Assembly: GCA_030390025.1 (NCBI GenBank)
Contig: CM059431.1
Coordinates: forward strand, 137,952,001 to 138,016,000
From: Squalus acanthias
Taxonomy: Eukaryota
Length of the DNA stretch: 64,000 nt
Direction of reading: 5' to 3'
The stretch's first letter is position 1; each line of letters starts with the position of its first letter. The position numbers were made by a program, and so were the translations under genes. The notes beneath the pieces are model-generated. The model ran no database searches and had not been told where the DNA came from. It saw nothing but the letters and a program-made list of their open reading frames with translations. Of the stretch, positions 43,601 to 55,560 are shown piece by piece.

Positions 43601-46600
43601 TTTGGACCTTCACTGTTTCTAGCTCTGGACCTTCACTGTTTCTAGCTTTAGACCTTCACTGTTTCTAGCTTTGGACCTTCACTGTGTCTAGCTTTGGATC
43701 TCCACTCTTTCTCGCTTTGGACCACCAGTGTTTCTAGCTTTGGATCACCACTGTTTCTAACTTTGGACCACCACTGTTTCTTGCTTCGGACCTTCACTGT
43801 TTCTAGCTTTGGACCTTAACAGTTTCTAGCTTTGGATCTCCACTGTTTCTAGCTTTGGACCTTCACTGTTTCTAGCTTTGGAACTTCACTGTTTCTAGCT
43901 TTGGATCTTCACTGTTTCTAGCTTTGGACCTTCACTGTTTCTCGCTTTGGACCTCCACTCTTTCTAACTTTGGACCTTCACTGTTTCTAGCTTTGGACCT
44001 CCACTCTTTCTAACTTTGGACCTTCACTGTTTCTAGCTTTGGACCTCCACTCTTTCTAGCTTTGGACCTTCACTGTTTCTAGCTTTGGAACTTCACTGTT
44101 TCCAGCTTTGGACCTTCATTGTTTCTAGCTTTGGACCTCAACTGTTTCTAGATTTGGACGTCCTCTGTTTCCAGCTTTGGACCTCCACTGTTTCTAACAT
44201 TGGACCTCCACTGTTTCTAGCTTGGGACCTCCACTGTTTCTAGCTTTAGACATCCACTGTTTCTAGATTGGGAACTTCACTATTTCTAGCTTTGGACCTC
44301 CACAGTTCCCAGATTGGGAACTTCACTATTTCGAGCTTTGGACCTCCACTGTTTCTAGATTGGGAACTTTACTATTTCTAGCTTTGGACCTCCACTGTTT
44401 CTAGATTGGGAACTTCACTACTTCTCGCTTCGGACCTCCACTGTTTCTAGATTGGGAACTTCACTACTTCTCGCTTCGGACCTACACTGTTTCTAGCTTT
44501 GGAACTTCACCGTTTCTAGCTTTGGACCTCCACTGTTTCTAGCTTTGGACCTTCACTGTTTCTAGCTTTGGACCTTCACTGTTTCTAGCTTTGGACCTTC
44601 ACTGTTTCTAGCTTTAGACTTGACTGTTTCTAGCTTTATACCTTCACTGTATCTAGCTTTGGATCTCCACTCGTTCTCGCTTTGGAGCACCAGTGTTTCT
44701 AGCTTTGGATCACCACTGTTTCTAACTTTGGACCACCACTGTTTCTAGCTTTGGTCCTTCACTGTTTCTAGCTTTGGACCTTAACAGTATCTAGCTTTGG
44801 ATCTGCACTGTTTCTAGCTTTGGACCTGCACTGTTTCTAGCTTTGGACCTTCACTGTTTCTAGCTTTGGATCTTCACTGTTTCTAGCTTTGGACCTTCAC
44901 TGTTTCTAGCTTTGGACCTCCACTGTTTCTAGCTTTGGACCTTCACTGTTTCCATCTTTGGACCTTCACTGTTTCTAGCTTTGGATCTTCACTGTTTCTA
45001 GCTTTGGACCTGCAGTGTTTCTAGCTTTGGGTCTTCACTGTTTCTAGCTTTGGACCTCCACTGTTTCTAGCTTTGGATCTCTGCTATTTCTAGCTTTGGA
45101 CCTCCAGTGTTTCTAGCTTTGGACCTCCGCTATTTCTAGCTTTGGACCTTCACTGTCTCTGGATTTTGACCTCCACTGTTTCTAGCTTTGGACCTCCACT
45201 GTTTTTGATTGGGATCTGCACTATTTCTAGCTTTGGACCTCCACTGTTTCTAGCTTTGGACCTCCACTGTTTCTAGATTTGGACCTTCACTGTTTCTAGC
45301 TTTGGAAATTCAATGTTTCTAGCTTTGGAGCTGCACTCTTTCTAGCTTTGGAACTTCCCTGTTTCCATATTTGGATCTCCAATCTTTCTAACTTTGGACC
45401 TTCACTGTTTCTAGCTTTGGGCCTTCACTGTTTCTAGCTTTGGACCTTCACTGTTTCTTGCTTTGCACCTTCACTGTTTCTAGCTTTGGACCTTCACTGT
45501 TTCTAGCTTTGGATCTCCACTGTTTCTATCTTTGGACCACCACTGTTTCTAGCTTTGGACCTTAACTGTCTCTATCTTTGGAGATTCACTGTCTCTAGCT
45601 TTGGACCATCACTGCGTCTGGATTTGGACCTTCACTGTTTCTAGCTTTGGACCTTCACTGTTTCTACCTTTGGAACTTCAATGTTTCTAGCTTTGGATCT
45701 TCACTGTTTCTAGCTTTGGACCTTCACTGTTTCTAGATTTTGCCCTCCACGGTTTCTAGCTTTGGAACTCCATTGTTTCTAGCTTTGGACCTACACTGTT
45801 TCTAGCTTTGGACATTCTCTGTTACTAGCTTTGGACCTTCACTGTTGCTAGCTTTGGACCTTCACTGTTTCTAGCTTTGGACAACCATGTTTCTAACTTT
45901 GGAACTTCACTGTTTCTAGCTTCGGACCTTCATTGTTTCTAGCTTGGAACATACACTGTTTCTAGCTTTGGACCTTCACTGTTTCTAGATTGGAAACTGC
46001 ACTATTTCTAGATTCGGACCTCCACTGTTTCTAGCTTTGGATCTATACTGTTCCTAGCTTTGGACCTTCACTGTTGCTAGCTTTGGACCTCCACTGTTTC
46101 TAACTTTGGACCTTCACTGTTTCAAGCTTTGGACCTTCACTGTTTCTAGCTTTGGACCTTCACTGTTTCTAGCTTTGGACCTTCACTGTTTCTAGCTTTG
46201 GACCTTCACTGTTTCTAGCTTTGGACCTTCACTGTTTCTAGCTTTGGACCTTCACTCTTTCTAGCTTTGGATCTCCACTCTTTCAAGTTTTGGAACACCA
46301 CTGTTTCAAGCTTTGGACCTTCACTGTTTCTAGCTTTGGACCACCACTGTGTCTAGATTTGGACCTTCACAATTTCTAGCTTTGGACCTCCGCTGTTTCT
46401 TGCTTTGCACCTTCACTGTTTCTAGCTTTGTACCTCACTCTTTCTAGTTTTGGACCTCCACAGTTTCCAACTTTGGACCTCCACTGTTTCTAGCTTTAGA
46501 CCTGCACTGTTTCTAGATTGGGAACTTCACTACTTCTAGCTTTGGAACTCCACTGTTTCTAGATTGGGAACTTCATTACTTCTAGCTTTGGACCTCCACT

Positions 46601-49600
46601 GTTTCTCGATTGGGAACTTCACTCTTTCTACCTTCGGACCTGCACTGTTTCTAGCTTTGGACCTACACTGTTTCTAGCTTTGGACCAACACTGTTTCTAG
46701 CTTTGGACCTTCACTGTTTCTAGCTTTGGACCTTCACTGTTTCTAGCTTTGGACCTTCACTGTTTCTAGCTTTGGACCTCCACTGTTTCTCGCTTTGGAC
46801 CTTCCCTGTTTCTAGCTTTGGACCTTCACTGTTTCTAGCTTTGGACCTCCACTGTTTCTAGTTTTGGACCTTCACTGTTTCTAGCTTTGGACCTCCACTG
46901 TTTCTAGCTTTGGAGCTTCACTGTTTCCAGCTTTGGACCTTCACTGTTTCTAGCTTTGGACCTTCACTGTTTCTAGCTTTGGATCTCCACTCTTTCTAGC
47001 TTTGGACCTCCGCTATTTCTAGCTTTGGACCTTCACTGTCTCTAGATTTTGACCTCCACTGTTTCTAGCTTTGAGCCTGCACTGTTTCTAGCTTTGGAGC
47101 TGCACTCTTTCTAGCTTTGGAACTTCACTGTTTCTATCTTTGGATATCCAATCTTTCTAACTTTGGACCTTCACTGTTTCTAGCTTTGGACCTTCACTGT
47201 TTCTAGCTTTGGACCTCCGCTGTTTCTTGTTTTGGACCTTCACTGTTTCTAGCTTTGTACCTTCACTCTTTATAGTTTTGGACCTCCACAGTTTCCAACT
47301 TTGGACCTCCACTGTTTCTAGCATTGGACCTTCACTGTTTCTAAAGTTTGACATCCACTGTTTCTAGCTTTAGACCTGCACTGTTTCTAGATTGGAAACT
47401 TCACTACTTCTAACTTTGGAACTCCACTGTTTCTAGATTGGCAACTTCATTTTTTCTAGCTTTGGAACTCCACTTTTTCTCGATTGGGAACTTCACTCTT
47501 TCTACCTTCGGACCTGCACTGTTTCTAGCTTTGGACCTACAATGTTTCTAGCTTTGGACCAACACTGTTTCTAGCTTTGGACCTTCACTGTTTCTGGCTT
47601 TGGACCTTCACTGTTTCTAGCTTTTGACCTTCACTGTTTCTAGCTTTGGACCTCCACTGTTTCTAGCTTTGGACCTTCCCTGTTTCTAGCTTTGGACCTC
47701 CACTGTTTCTAGCTTTGGACCTCCACTGTTTCTAGCTTTGGACCTTCACTGTTTCTAGCTTTGGACCTACACTGTTTCTAGCTTTGGACCAACACTGTTT
47801 CTAGCTTTGGAACTTCACTGCTTCTAGCTTTGGACCTCCACTGTTTCTAGCTTTGGACCTCCACTGTTTCTTGCTTTGGACCTTCACTGTTTCTAGCTTT
47901 GGACCATCACTGTTTCTTGCTTTGGACCACCACTGTTTCTAGCTTTGGACCTCCACTCTTTCTAGCTTTGGACCACCACTGTTTCTAGCTTTAGACCTCC
48001 ACTGTTTCTAGCTTTGGACCTCCACTGTTTCTAGCTTTGGACCTCCACTGTTTCTAGCTTTGGACCTCCACTGTTTCTAGCTTTGGACCACCATTGTTTC
48101 TAGCTTTGGACCACCACTGTTTCTAGCTTTCGACCTTCATTGTTTCTAGCTTTGGACCTTCACTGTCTCTAGCTTTGGACCCCCACTGTTTCTAGCTTTC
48201 GACCTTCATTATTTCTAGCTTTGGACCTTCACTGTCACTAGCTTTGGACCACCACTGTTTCTAGCTTTGGACCTTCACTGTTTCTTGCTTTGGACCTTCA
48301 CTGTTTCTAGCTTTGTACCTTCACTCTTTCTAGTTTTGGACCTCCACAGTTTCCAACTTTGGACCTCCACTGTTTCTAGCTTTGGACCTTTACTGTTTCT
48401 ATATTTTGACCTCCACTGTTTCTAGCTTTAGACCTGCACTGTTTCTAGATTGGGAACTTCACTACTTCTAGCTTTGGAACTCCACTGTTTCAAGATTGGG
48501 AACTTCATTATTTCTAGCTTTGGACCTCCACTGTTTCTCGATTGGGAACTTCACTCTTTCTACCTTCGGACCTGCACTGTTTCTAGCTTTGGACCTACAC
48601 TGTTTCTAGCTTTGGACCAACACTGTTTCTAGCTTTGGACCTGCACTGTTTCTAGCTTTGGGTCTTCACTGTTTCTAGCTTTGGACCTCCACTGTTTCTA
48701 GCTTTGGATCTCCGCTATTTCTAGCTTTGGACCTCCACTGTTTCTAGCTTTGGACCTCCGCTATTTCTAGCTTTGGACCTTCACTGTCTCTAGATTTTGA
48801 CCTCCACTGTTTCTAGCTTTGGACCTCCACTGTTTTTGATTGGGATCTGCACTATTTCTAGCTTTGGACCTCCACTGTTTCTAGCTTTGGACCTCCACTG
48901 TTTCTAGATTTGGACCTTCACTGTTTCTAGCTTTGGAAATGCAATGTTTCTAGCTTTGGAGCTGCACTCTTTCCAGCTTTGGAACTTCCCTGTTTCTATA
49001 TTTAGATCTCCAATCTTTCTAACTTTGGACCTTGACTGTTTCTAGCTTTGGGCCTTCACTGTTTCTAGCTTTGGACCTTCACTGTTTCTTGCTTTGGACC
49101 TTCACTGTTTTTAGCTTTGGACCTCCACTGTTTCTAGCTTTGGACGTCCACTGTTTCTTGCTTTGGACCTTCACTGTTTCTAGCTTTGGACCTTCACTGT
49201 TTCTTGCTTTGGACCACCACTGTTTCTAGTTTGGACCTCCACTGTTTCTAGCTTTGGACCACCACTGTTTCTAGCTTTGGACCTCCACTGTTTCTAGCTT
49301 TGGACCTCCAATGTTTCTAGCTTTGGACCTCCACTGTTTCTAGCTTTGGACCTCCACTGTTTCTAGCTTTGGACCTCCACTGTTTCTAGCTTTGGACCAC
49401 CACTGTTTCTAGCTTTCGACCTTCATTTTTTCTAGCTTTGGGCCTTCACTGTCTCTAGCTTTGGACCACCACTGTGTCTAGCTTTGGACCTTCACTGTTT
49501 CTAGCTTTGGACCTTCACTGTTTCTACCTTTGGATCTCCTCTCTTTCTAGCTTTGGAGCACCACTGTTTCCAGCTTTGGACCTTCACTGTTTCTAGCTTT

Positions 49601-50147
49601 GGACCACCACTGTGTCTAGATTTGGACCTTCACATTTTCTAGCGTTGGACCTCCACTGTTTCTTGCTTTGGACCTTCACTGTTTCTAGCTTTGTACCTTC
49701 ACTCTTTCTAGTTTTGCACCTCCACAGTTTCCAACTTTGGACCTCCACTCTTTGTAGCTTTGGACCTTCACTGTTTCTTTATTTTGACCTCCACTGTTTC
49801 TGGCTTTGGACCTCCACTATTTCTAGCTTTGGAACTCCACTGTTTCTAGATTGGGAACTTCATTATTTCTAGCTTTGGACCTCCACTGTTTCTCGATTAG
49901 GTACTTCACTCTTTCTACCTTCGGACCTCCACTGTTTCTAGCTTTGGACCTACACTGTTTCTAGCTTTGGACCTTCACTGTTTGTAGCTTTTGACCTTCA
50001 CTGTTTCTAGCTTTGGACCTTCACTGTTTCTTGCTTTGGACCTTCACTGTTTCTAGCTTTGGACCTTCACAGTGTCTAGCTTTGGACCACCACTCTTTCT
50101 AGCTAAGGACCACCACGGTTTCTAGCTTTGGACATCCACTGTTTCTA
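1608..50147. repeat. 23-bp satellite array, consensus CTTTGGACCT(T/C)CACTGTTTCTAG, ~2,100 monomers, single orientation
   Basis: Directly visible 23-bp period (CTTT at 1608 and 1631 onward). Translations repeat every 23 aa, equal to 3 monomers. Monomer count is (48,540-200)/23. Confidence 0.99.
36016..36215. other. Assembly gap (200 N) inside the satellite
   Basis: Run of exactly 200 N. The round number suggests a placeholder, so the true size is unknown. Confidence 0.99.
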
Positions 50148-50424
50148 CCATCCAACATTTATTCTGTTTCCATATTTATAAATCGCTGCTGACAAGATGA
50201 CAACTGCTTTAAACGCTCCGGTGACCTTCGTCTTCGATTATTTTAGCGGCGACTCCAACTGATTTAAAATAAACCACTTATTGTAGTGGGAGGTGTTAAA
50301 ATCAGGGACAACACCAGACCAACAAGTTAAGAGCTGCTATGATGATTCAGCCGACAGTCTCCCCGAAGCGCTTGTGAAATTATTACTCTCAATTTGCTCC
50401 CTTCACTTTCAGTCTAAAATGTTA

Positions 50425-50852
50425 AATTGTGTGGACAGATTCCATATACTTGGCTTGTACTGCCTGGGGTATAGCAGATTAAAAGGTGATCTGTTGGAGA
50501 TGATTACAGTAGCTACAGTGTAGGTAATAGATGGAAAATATACCCCTGGTGTGGGAGTCCAGAACAAGGGGGGAAACCTTAAAATGAGAGCTGGGCTTTT
50601 CAGGGGTGATGTCAGGAAGCACTACTTCACAAAAATGTTCTGGAAATCTGGACCGCTCTCCCTCATAAATGTGTTGATGCTGGGGTCACTGATTCGTTCA
50701 AGACTGAAATTGATAGATTTTATGTTGGGTAAGGCTATTAAGGATTACATTAGAAAGGCGGGTCAATGTAGTTCAGCTACAGTTCAGCCATGATCTAATT
50801 GAATGGCAGAACATGTTCGATGAGCTGAATGGCCTCCTGCTATTCTTATGTT
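50425..50852 (+). mobile_element. CR1-type LINE 3' fragment
   Basis: Translates LGLYCLGYSRLKGDLLE and FRGDVRKHYFT, similar to LGLFSLEQRRLRGDLIE in the 56.6-kb copy. Ends GAATGGCCTCCTGCTATTCTTATGTT. Confidence 0.85.
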
Positions 50853-50924
50853 AGTAATCGAGCCAAGTAATTTTAAACTGGAAAGTGTTTCCCCTTGCAT
50901 TACCCGGTATCCACCAAAATCAAT

Positions 50925-51663
50925 GGGCCGAAAATTCATCCCGCGACTCGAGAGTACGCACTGCGTACTCTCGCGTATTCCCACTCCAATTGCCGGTTTT
51001 CTGCATGCCCTGCGCATGCGCTGAAAACCAGCAATTGCTCTTTGGAAAAGGGGGCGGTTCCTCGGTGCATCGCGTGCGCGCTGCAGGCTGCGCGCACGCT
51101 GTGCACTTCATGCTTTTGACGCGCAGGTAAGTACGGAAGATTTTAGAAATGGAAAAAGGAGGAGTAAGACCCACTTTTAACAAGGTAAGTAGTGAATTAA
51201 GTATTTTTTTGAATTTTTTTTTAACAGGTATATCTTTTTTAGAGACTTTAAAGACAGGTAAGTTTATTTTTATAAATTTTTAAAAGATTTTAAATTTTTG
51301 AAAAAATTTAATTTTTTATTTAAAATGGTTAATTTATTTAACTATACTTATTTTATTAATGTGATGGGTTTTTTTTAAATTGAGGTTTAGCTGTTATTTT
51401 GGGGGGGTGTAAGATTAATAGATTTCACAGCACGTATGTGAAACTTATGAATGGAAGATGGTGTGCTGCCATTGGCTCTAACTGAGTCACGTGATCCCAC
51501 GGCTCGCGCGAATTCACTACGCAGCTGGGATACGCAAGCACTGCCCAGCTGATGTCTGGAACATCAAGTTCGTGCGAGCTGGATCTGAAAAAGCACAAGC
51601 GAGGTGAGAGAACGCGGGGAAGCCTTACCCCCGCGGGAACAGAGCGAGATCAATTTCTGGGCC
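50925..51663 (+). mobile_element. Non-autonomous TIR element (MITE-like), copy 1
   Basis: Ends GGGCCGAAAATT ... AATTTCTGGGCC with AAT on both sides. GC-rich hairpin arms surround an AT-rich core. Colinear with 59845-60606. Confidence 0.85.
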
Positions 51664-51721
51664 AATGTGTTTATTTTGTTTTACACGTGATTCAAAACAT
51701 GAAGATATTTTCTGATGCAAC

Positions 51722-52649
51722 ATGTTGTTCCGAAAGACGTACTACAAATATTCATTTGTTTGTGTGACCGTTTTGCTGATATTTATATTACTCAGACATT
51801 TAAGCTGCAATAATACGGAGTATTGGCATTACACAGAATTAAATGAGTCCCCCTTTTTAATGAGACCCGACAGCAGGTGTGACGTCAGTCTTCCATTCCT
51901 GGTCCTTCTTGTCACCAGTGCCCAGGACCAGTTCGAAGCTCGCTCAGCCAAACGCCAGACCTGGGGCAGAGAGCGGACAACACATGGCAAGAGGGTAGTG
52001 ACCTACTTCCTGCTCGGGTACAGCCGGGAGCATCAGGAGCATCTGCTAGAGGAAGGTTTGCTGCACAAAGACATCATACAGAAAGAGTTCAGCGACAGTT
52101 ATTACAACCTGACCATCAAGGTGCTGATGGGCCTGGACTGGGTCATCCGATTTTGTCCGTCCGCCTCCTTTGTGATGAAAACCGATTCAGACATGTTTCT
52201 CAACGTTGAATCTGAGAGAGCTCTTGTCAAGAACCAGTCGCAGGAACATCTTCACCGGCTACATACAGAGACATCAACGACCCGTGAGGAAAAAAATCGA
52301 CAAATGGTACGTTAGTGAACAGGAATTACCTTTGGAAACGTATCCGCCATTCTGCTCCGGCACTGAGTACGTGCTCTCGACTGATGTCGCCTGCCGAGTT
52401 TGGAATGTTTCGAGTACCGTCCCCAAATTGAAACTCGAGGACGTTATCGTCGCTCTCTGTCTGGCTAAGTTGAAGATAGAGCCGGTGGAAATCCACTCGC
52501 GCCAAATATTTTACATTTCAAAGGTCCCGTTTTCTGTTTGCACATTTCGGAAACTCGAGACCTCTCACGGGGTGAAACTCTCCGAGCTGCTGATCTTCTA
52601 GAATGCAATGGCAGATGCGGCAACTTTGGACTGCCCTGGAGATACGTGA
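51722..52649 (+). pseudogene. Beta-1,3-galactosyltransferase (GT31), B3GALT5-like pseudogene
   Basis: N-terminal TM anchor and motifs PFLVLLVTS, RQTWG, DIIQKEFSDSYYNLTIK, MKTDSD (DxD), KWYV, YPPFCSG, EDV..LCL. Apparent 2-bp deletion at ~52211 (GAA T CTG), premature TAG at 52599-52601 in place of a conserved Trp, original stop TGA at 52647-52649. Confidence 0.9.
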
Positions 52650-52718
52650 AGGAGGCCACCTTGAAGAGGCTTGTCATTTTCCCCTCCAATGGCCACAATC
52701 CGTTTACTGTGCAGCATC

Positions 52719-52724
52719 AATAAA
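52719..52724 (+). promoter_or_regulatory. Candidate polyadenylation signal AATAAA
   Basis: AATAAA lies 70 bp after the pseudogene's original stop codon. Motif match only. Confidence 0.3.
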
Positions 52725-53139
52725 CCCAGACCAGATACGAAAACTGCTGCTGGTGGTGTGCAGGCATAATACTCACTGCACCTCCAAAATAATCTGTGTC
52801 AAGTGCTTTAGGATGATTCTGGGAGATGCGACAAGGTGTTAGGTTCATTTGTCCTTTATTGGACTTTGTACGCCACCATTTATTCGCTCCATTCTGTTCA
52901 CTTTCAGTAAGGATATCTCTAGTATAGACTGCCATGCCGTAATTACACGCTCTTTCCAGTGGTGGTGCTGTAGAGCCTCAGTTTGCCGTCTCTCAGCTCC
53001 TCCGCCTGTACCACAGAGAATTCAAATCCACATCTCTGCTTCCCAAATTGCAATTTACCTCGATTTCTGGCCAACAATCATAATATAAGCACATTTTTAA
53101 AGATAATTATCGATTGAATCAGAGGGAAGATGAGTTGAA

Positions 53140-53325
53140 TGTCTCTCGCAGCGAGTTGTTATGATCTGGAATGCAGTGCTTTGAAAGGGTGGTGGAAGCA
53201 GTTTCAATCGTAACTTTCTACAGGGAATTAGATAAATACTTGAAGGAGAAATTGTTCAGGGCCATGGGGAAGGAGCAGGGGAGCGGGACTAAACGGAGGC
53301 TCTTTCACAGAGCCGGCACAGAAAC
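53140..53325 (+). mobile_element. CR1-type LINE 3' end fragment
   Basis: CGCAGCGAGTTGTTATGATCTGGAATG...ATAAATACTTGAAGG...AGAGCCGGCACAGA matches 915-1092. Confidence 0.8.
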
Positions 53326-53959
53326 AGGTTTCTTGATGAAGCACTCAAATTAATCAAATAACTTCTTGAAAATAATGTCTGTCATTTTTTGCAGTATCTG
53401 AAATGTCTGATCTTCAAAATGAGTTTCTAATTAAAAACAACAAATTCATTTTGACATCAACATCATTAAATCTGATGATTGCATTGTTTTTAATATTTAT
53501 GTTAGTGCCTTGCATGAAGATTTAACTTCAAGGCCTCAGCATGTCTCAAAAACCTGGGTTTACATTCATATTTTTTAACCTCAGAATAGTTGAATAAATC
53601 TTTCAAAGACACATTCTGAGTTGTTCGAATTTCTGGATCCCAGACAGCCACGTTTCATATTTGTCCCAATTACCTAACTCAAGAGCCGCTCTCTCTGTTC
53701 ACAAACCTTTAGGCCACATTCCCAGTGCTCCCTGATCCCAGGTCTGGCCCCAGTGCTCTAACACCCTGAGATCCCCAATCATTTTCCCAGGATCCTAAAA
53801 CTAATGTTAAACCGTGAGACCTCAATGTACACAGAAATACATCGATGTTCCAACCCGGAAACAATCCATTCCGCCCAACCAGTCAATGGCTTTCTTTATC
53901 CTCCACACGAGCAAATAGCTCCAATCATATTGAACCGCCCTGTTCAAATAGTTCTGCGA

Positions 53960-54092
53960 ATTTCAAGGTAATTGACAGAAGAACCAAAGGCGACATCAGG
54001 AAACAATTTCGCACACCGAGTTGTTGTTTTCGGGAATACAATATCTGAAAGGGTGGTGTGGGCAGATGTAACAGTAAATTACAAAAGGGAAT
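53960..54092 (+). mobile_element. Short CR1-type 3' fragment
   Basis: Translates FKVIDRRTKGDIRKQF, comparable to FKIRGRRFRGDLRKIVF in the 56.6-kb copy. Confidence 0.6.
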
Positions 54093-54359
54093 TGTAGGCG
54101 GCGCTACCTGCTGCTGTAAAATCCGTCCCAAGGGATGTTATGAAACAATGAGACTTTATTTTGTCCCGTTACAAGTTTTAAGTGTTCCCGCACTCCTACT
54201 TTATAGCATAGGGCAAAACTCACGTTATTTCCGCTTAAACTGTGTCTACAGCTATATCAGGTGTAACTTGCGCGACAGTTTTTGCAGAGTTTACGGAAGT
54301 TTCCTCCTCGAGCGTGGCCTCACACACAGAGGGAGGATTATCGAAATTTCCGGATTCAT

Positions 54360-55560
54360 TGCCCCCGTTTACCCATCAGCTGATGCCACGATAAGGGATA
54401 GTTCGATGCAGCTGCAAATAAATTTGGAAAGCGAGGTTTGTCGTGGTTCATGTCGGGACCAGTGACAAAGGGCAAAAGAGGAAGGAGTTCTTACTGAGTG
54501 AATAAGTGGAGTGAGGACCTAAATTAGAAACAATATTTGGCCTGAAATTCGGGTCGGAGGCTTCCCGCGGGTGCAAGCCCCCAACCTGGACTTACCTAGC
54601 GTGCCTGACGTTGTGCTCTGGGCCCGCGTGGGATTCCAATCCTGGGCCTACTCCAGCTGCCGGTGTGCAATGCTCGCGTATCCCAGGGGCGCAGTTAGTT
54701 CGAAGCGTCCCTGGGATCACGTGGGCCATGGAGGGCCAATCGGAGCAGGGAATCTCCATTCATAGATTTGACAGGAAGACCTGTCAAATCTAGGAATAGA
54801 GATCAGCCCCAAAACCTCAGTAAAACTTCAAAAACATTTTTTTTTAATTACATTTTTAAAATAACTGTAAATTACACAAAAAAGCTATATTAAACAATAA
54901 TTTAAATTTTTGAAAAAAATAATTACAGTTTTTAACGGTGATAAAAATAAACTTACCTTTCTTTAAAGTATTGAAAAATAATAAACTTGTGGAAAAAATG
55001 TTTTAGTTTTTGTTAATTCACCACTTACCTTGTTAAAAGAAGGCCTTCCTCCTGCTTTTTCCCCACGCAGCTGCTGGGGACTTACCCTCACACAGAAACT
55101 TGAAAAAAAAACGGAAGTCCGATGCGTGCACGCTGCCTCTCCGGCGCAGGGGTTTGACCGCCGAACCCCTCCCTTCAAGGGAACGGAAGTTCCTGTTTCC
55201 AGCGCATGCGCAGTGCATGCGCAAAACCGGGACTTTCGTTGGGTCTATGGGTGAGTACACAGCGCGTATTCACCCGTGGAGACCCGAATTTCTGACCCCA
55301 TGTCTTCAAGGGTGCTAATCTCAGGCTTATTACCCGAGCCAGGTGCTAATTCCCATAGAGACAAACAGAACAGAAAGGTGAACACGTGGCTGGATGAGTG
55401 GTGTGGGAGGGAGTGGTTCCATTTCATGGGACACTGCCACCAGTACTGGCCCAAGAGATAGCTGTACTGTTGTTACAGGCTGTACCTGTATCGGGCTGAA
55501 CCCAAGCGTGGCAAAAATGCACATTAAACTAATAAATGGAGTGGGGGCAGAGCTCAGTAA
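54360..55560 (+). mobile_element. Old CR1 ORF1 (SGNH esterase-like) remnant split by TIR element copy 2
   Basis: Left part reads VVVHVGTSDKGQKRKEFLLSE. Right part reads SRVLISGLLPEP...KVNTWLDEWCGREWFHF. These resemble the CR1 ORF1 esterase motifs HVGTND and ISGLLP. Confidence 0.75.
54538..55298 (-). mobile_element. Non-autonomous TIR element, copy 2
   Basis: TIRs GGCCTGAAATTCGGGTC (54539-54555) and GACCCGAATTTCTGACC (55281-55297) pair at 15 of 17 positions. Reverse-oriented homolog of copies 1 and 5. Confidence 0.85.

Noticed and set aside
1581..49872. ORFs of LALDLHCF/SSFGP repeats
   Set aside because: These are translations of the satellite where the recurring TAG is mutated. Most start at non-ATG codons and there is no coding signal.
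1608..50147. CRISPR-like array of 23-bp repeats
   Set aside because: The repeats are contiguous with no unique spacers, there are no cas genes, and the context is vertebrate.
50180..50420. Unique spacer as a possible upstream exon or promoter of the pseudogene
   Set aside because: I found no convincing splice or promoter signals, and nothing can be assigned without a homology search.
50784..51183. Overlapping short ORFs in the TIR elements (also 54.5-56.4 kb and 59.5-60.6 kb)
   Set aside because: They arise in GC-rich palindromic DNA with few stops. No transposase motifs are present and frames are not conserved between copies.
54620..54645. Possible tRNA T-arm or B-box on the minus strand (GGATTGGAATCCCACGCGGGC)
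   Set aside because: It does not match GTTCGA, no cloverleaf can be drawn, and it is not conserved in other copies.
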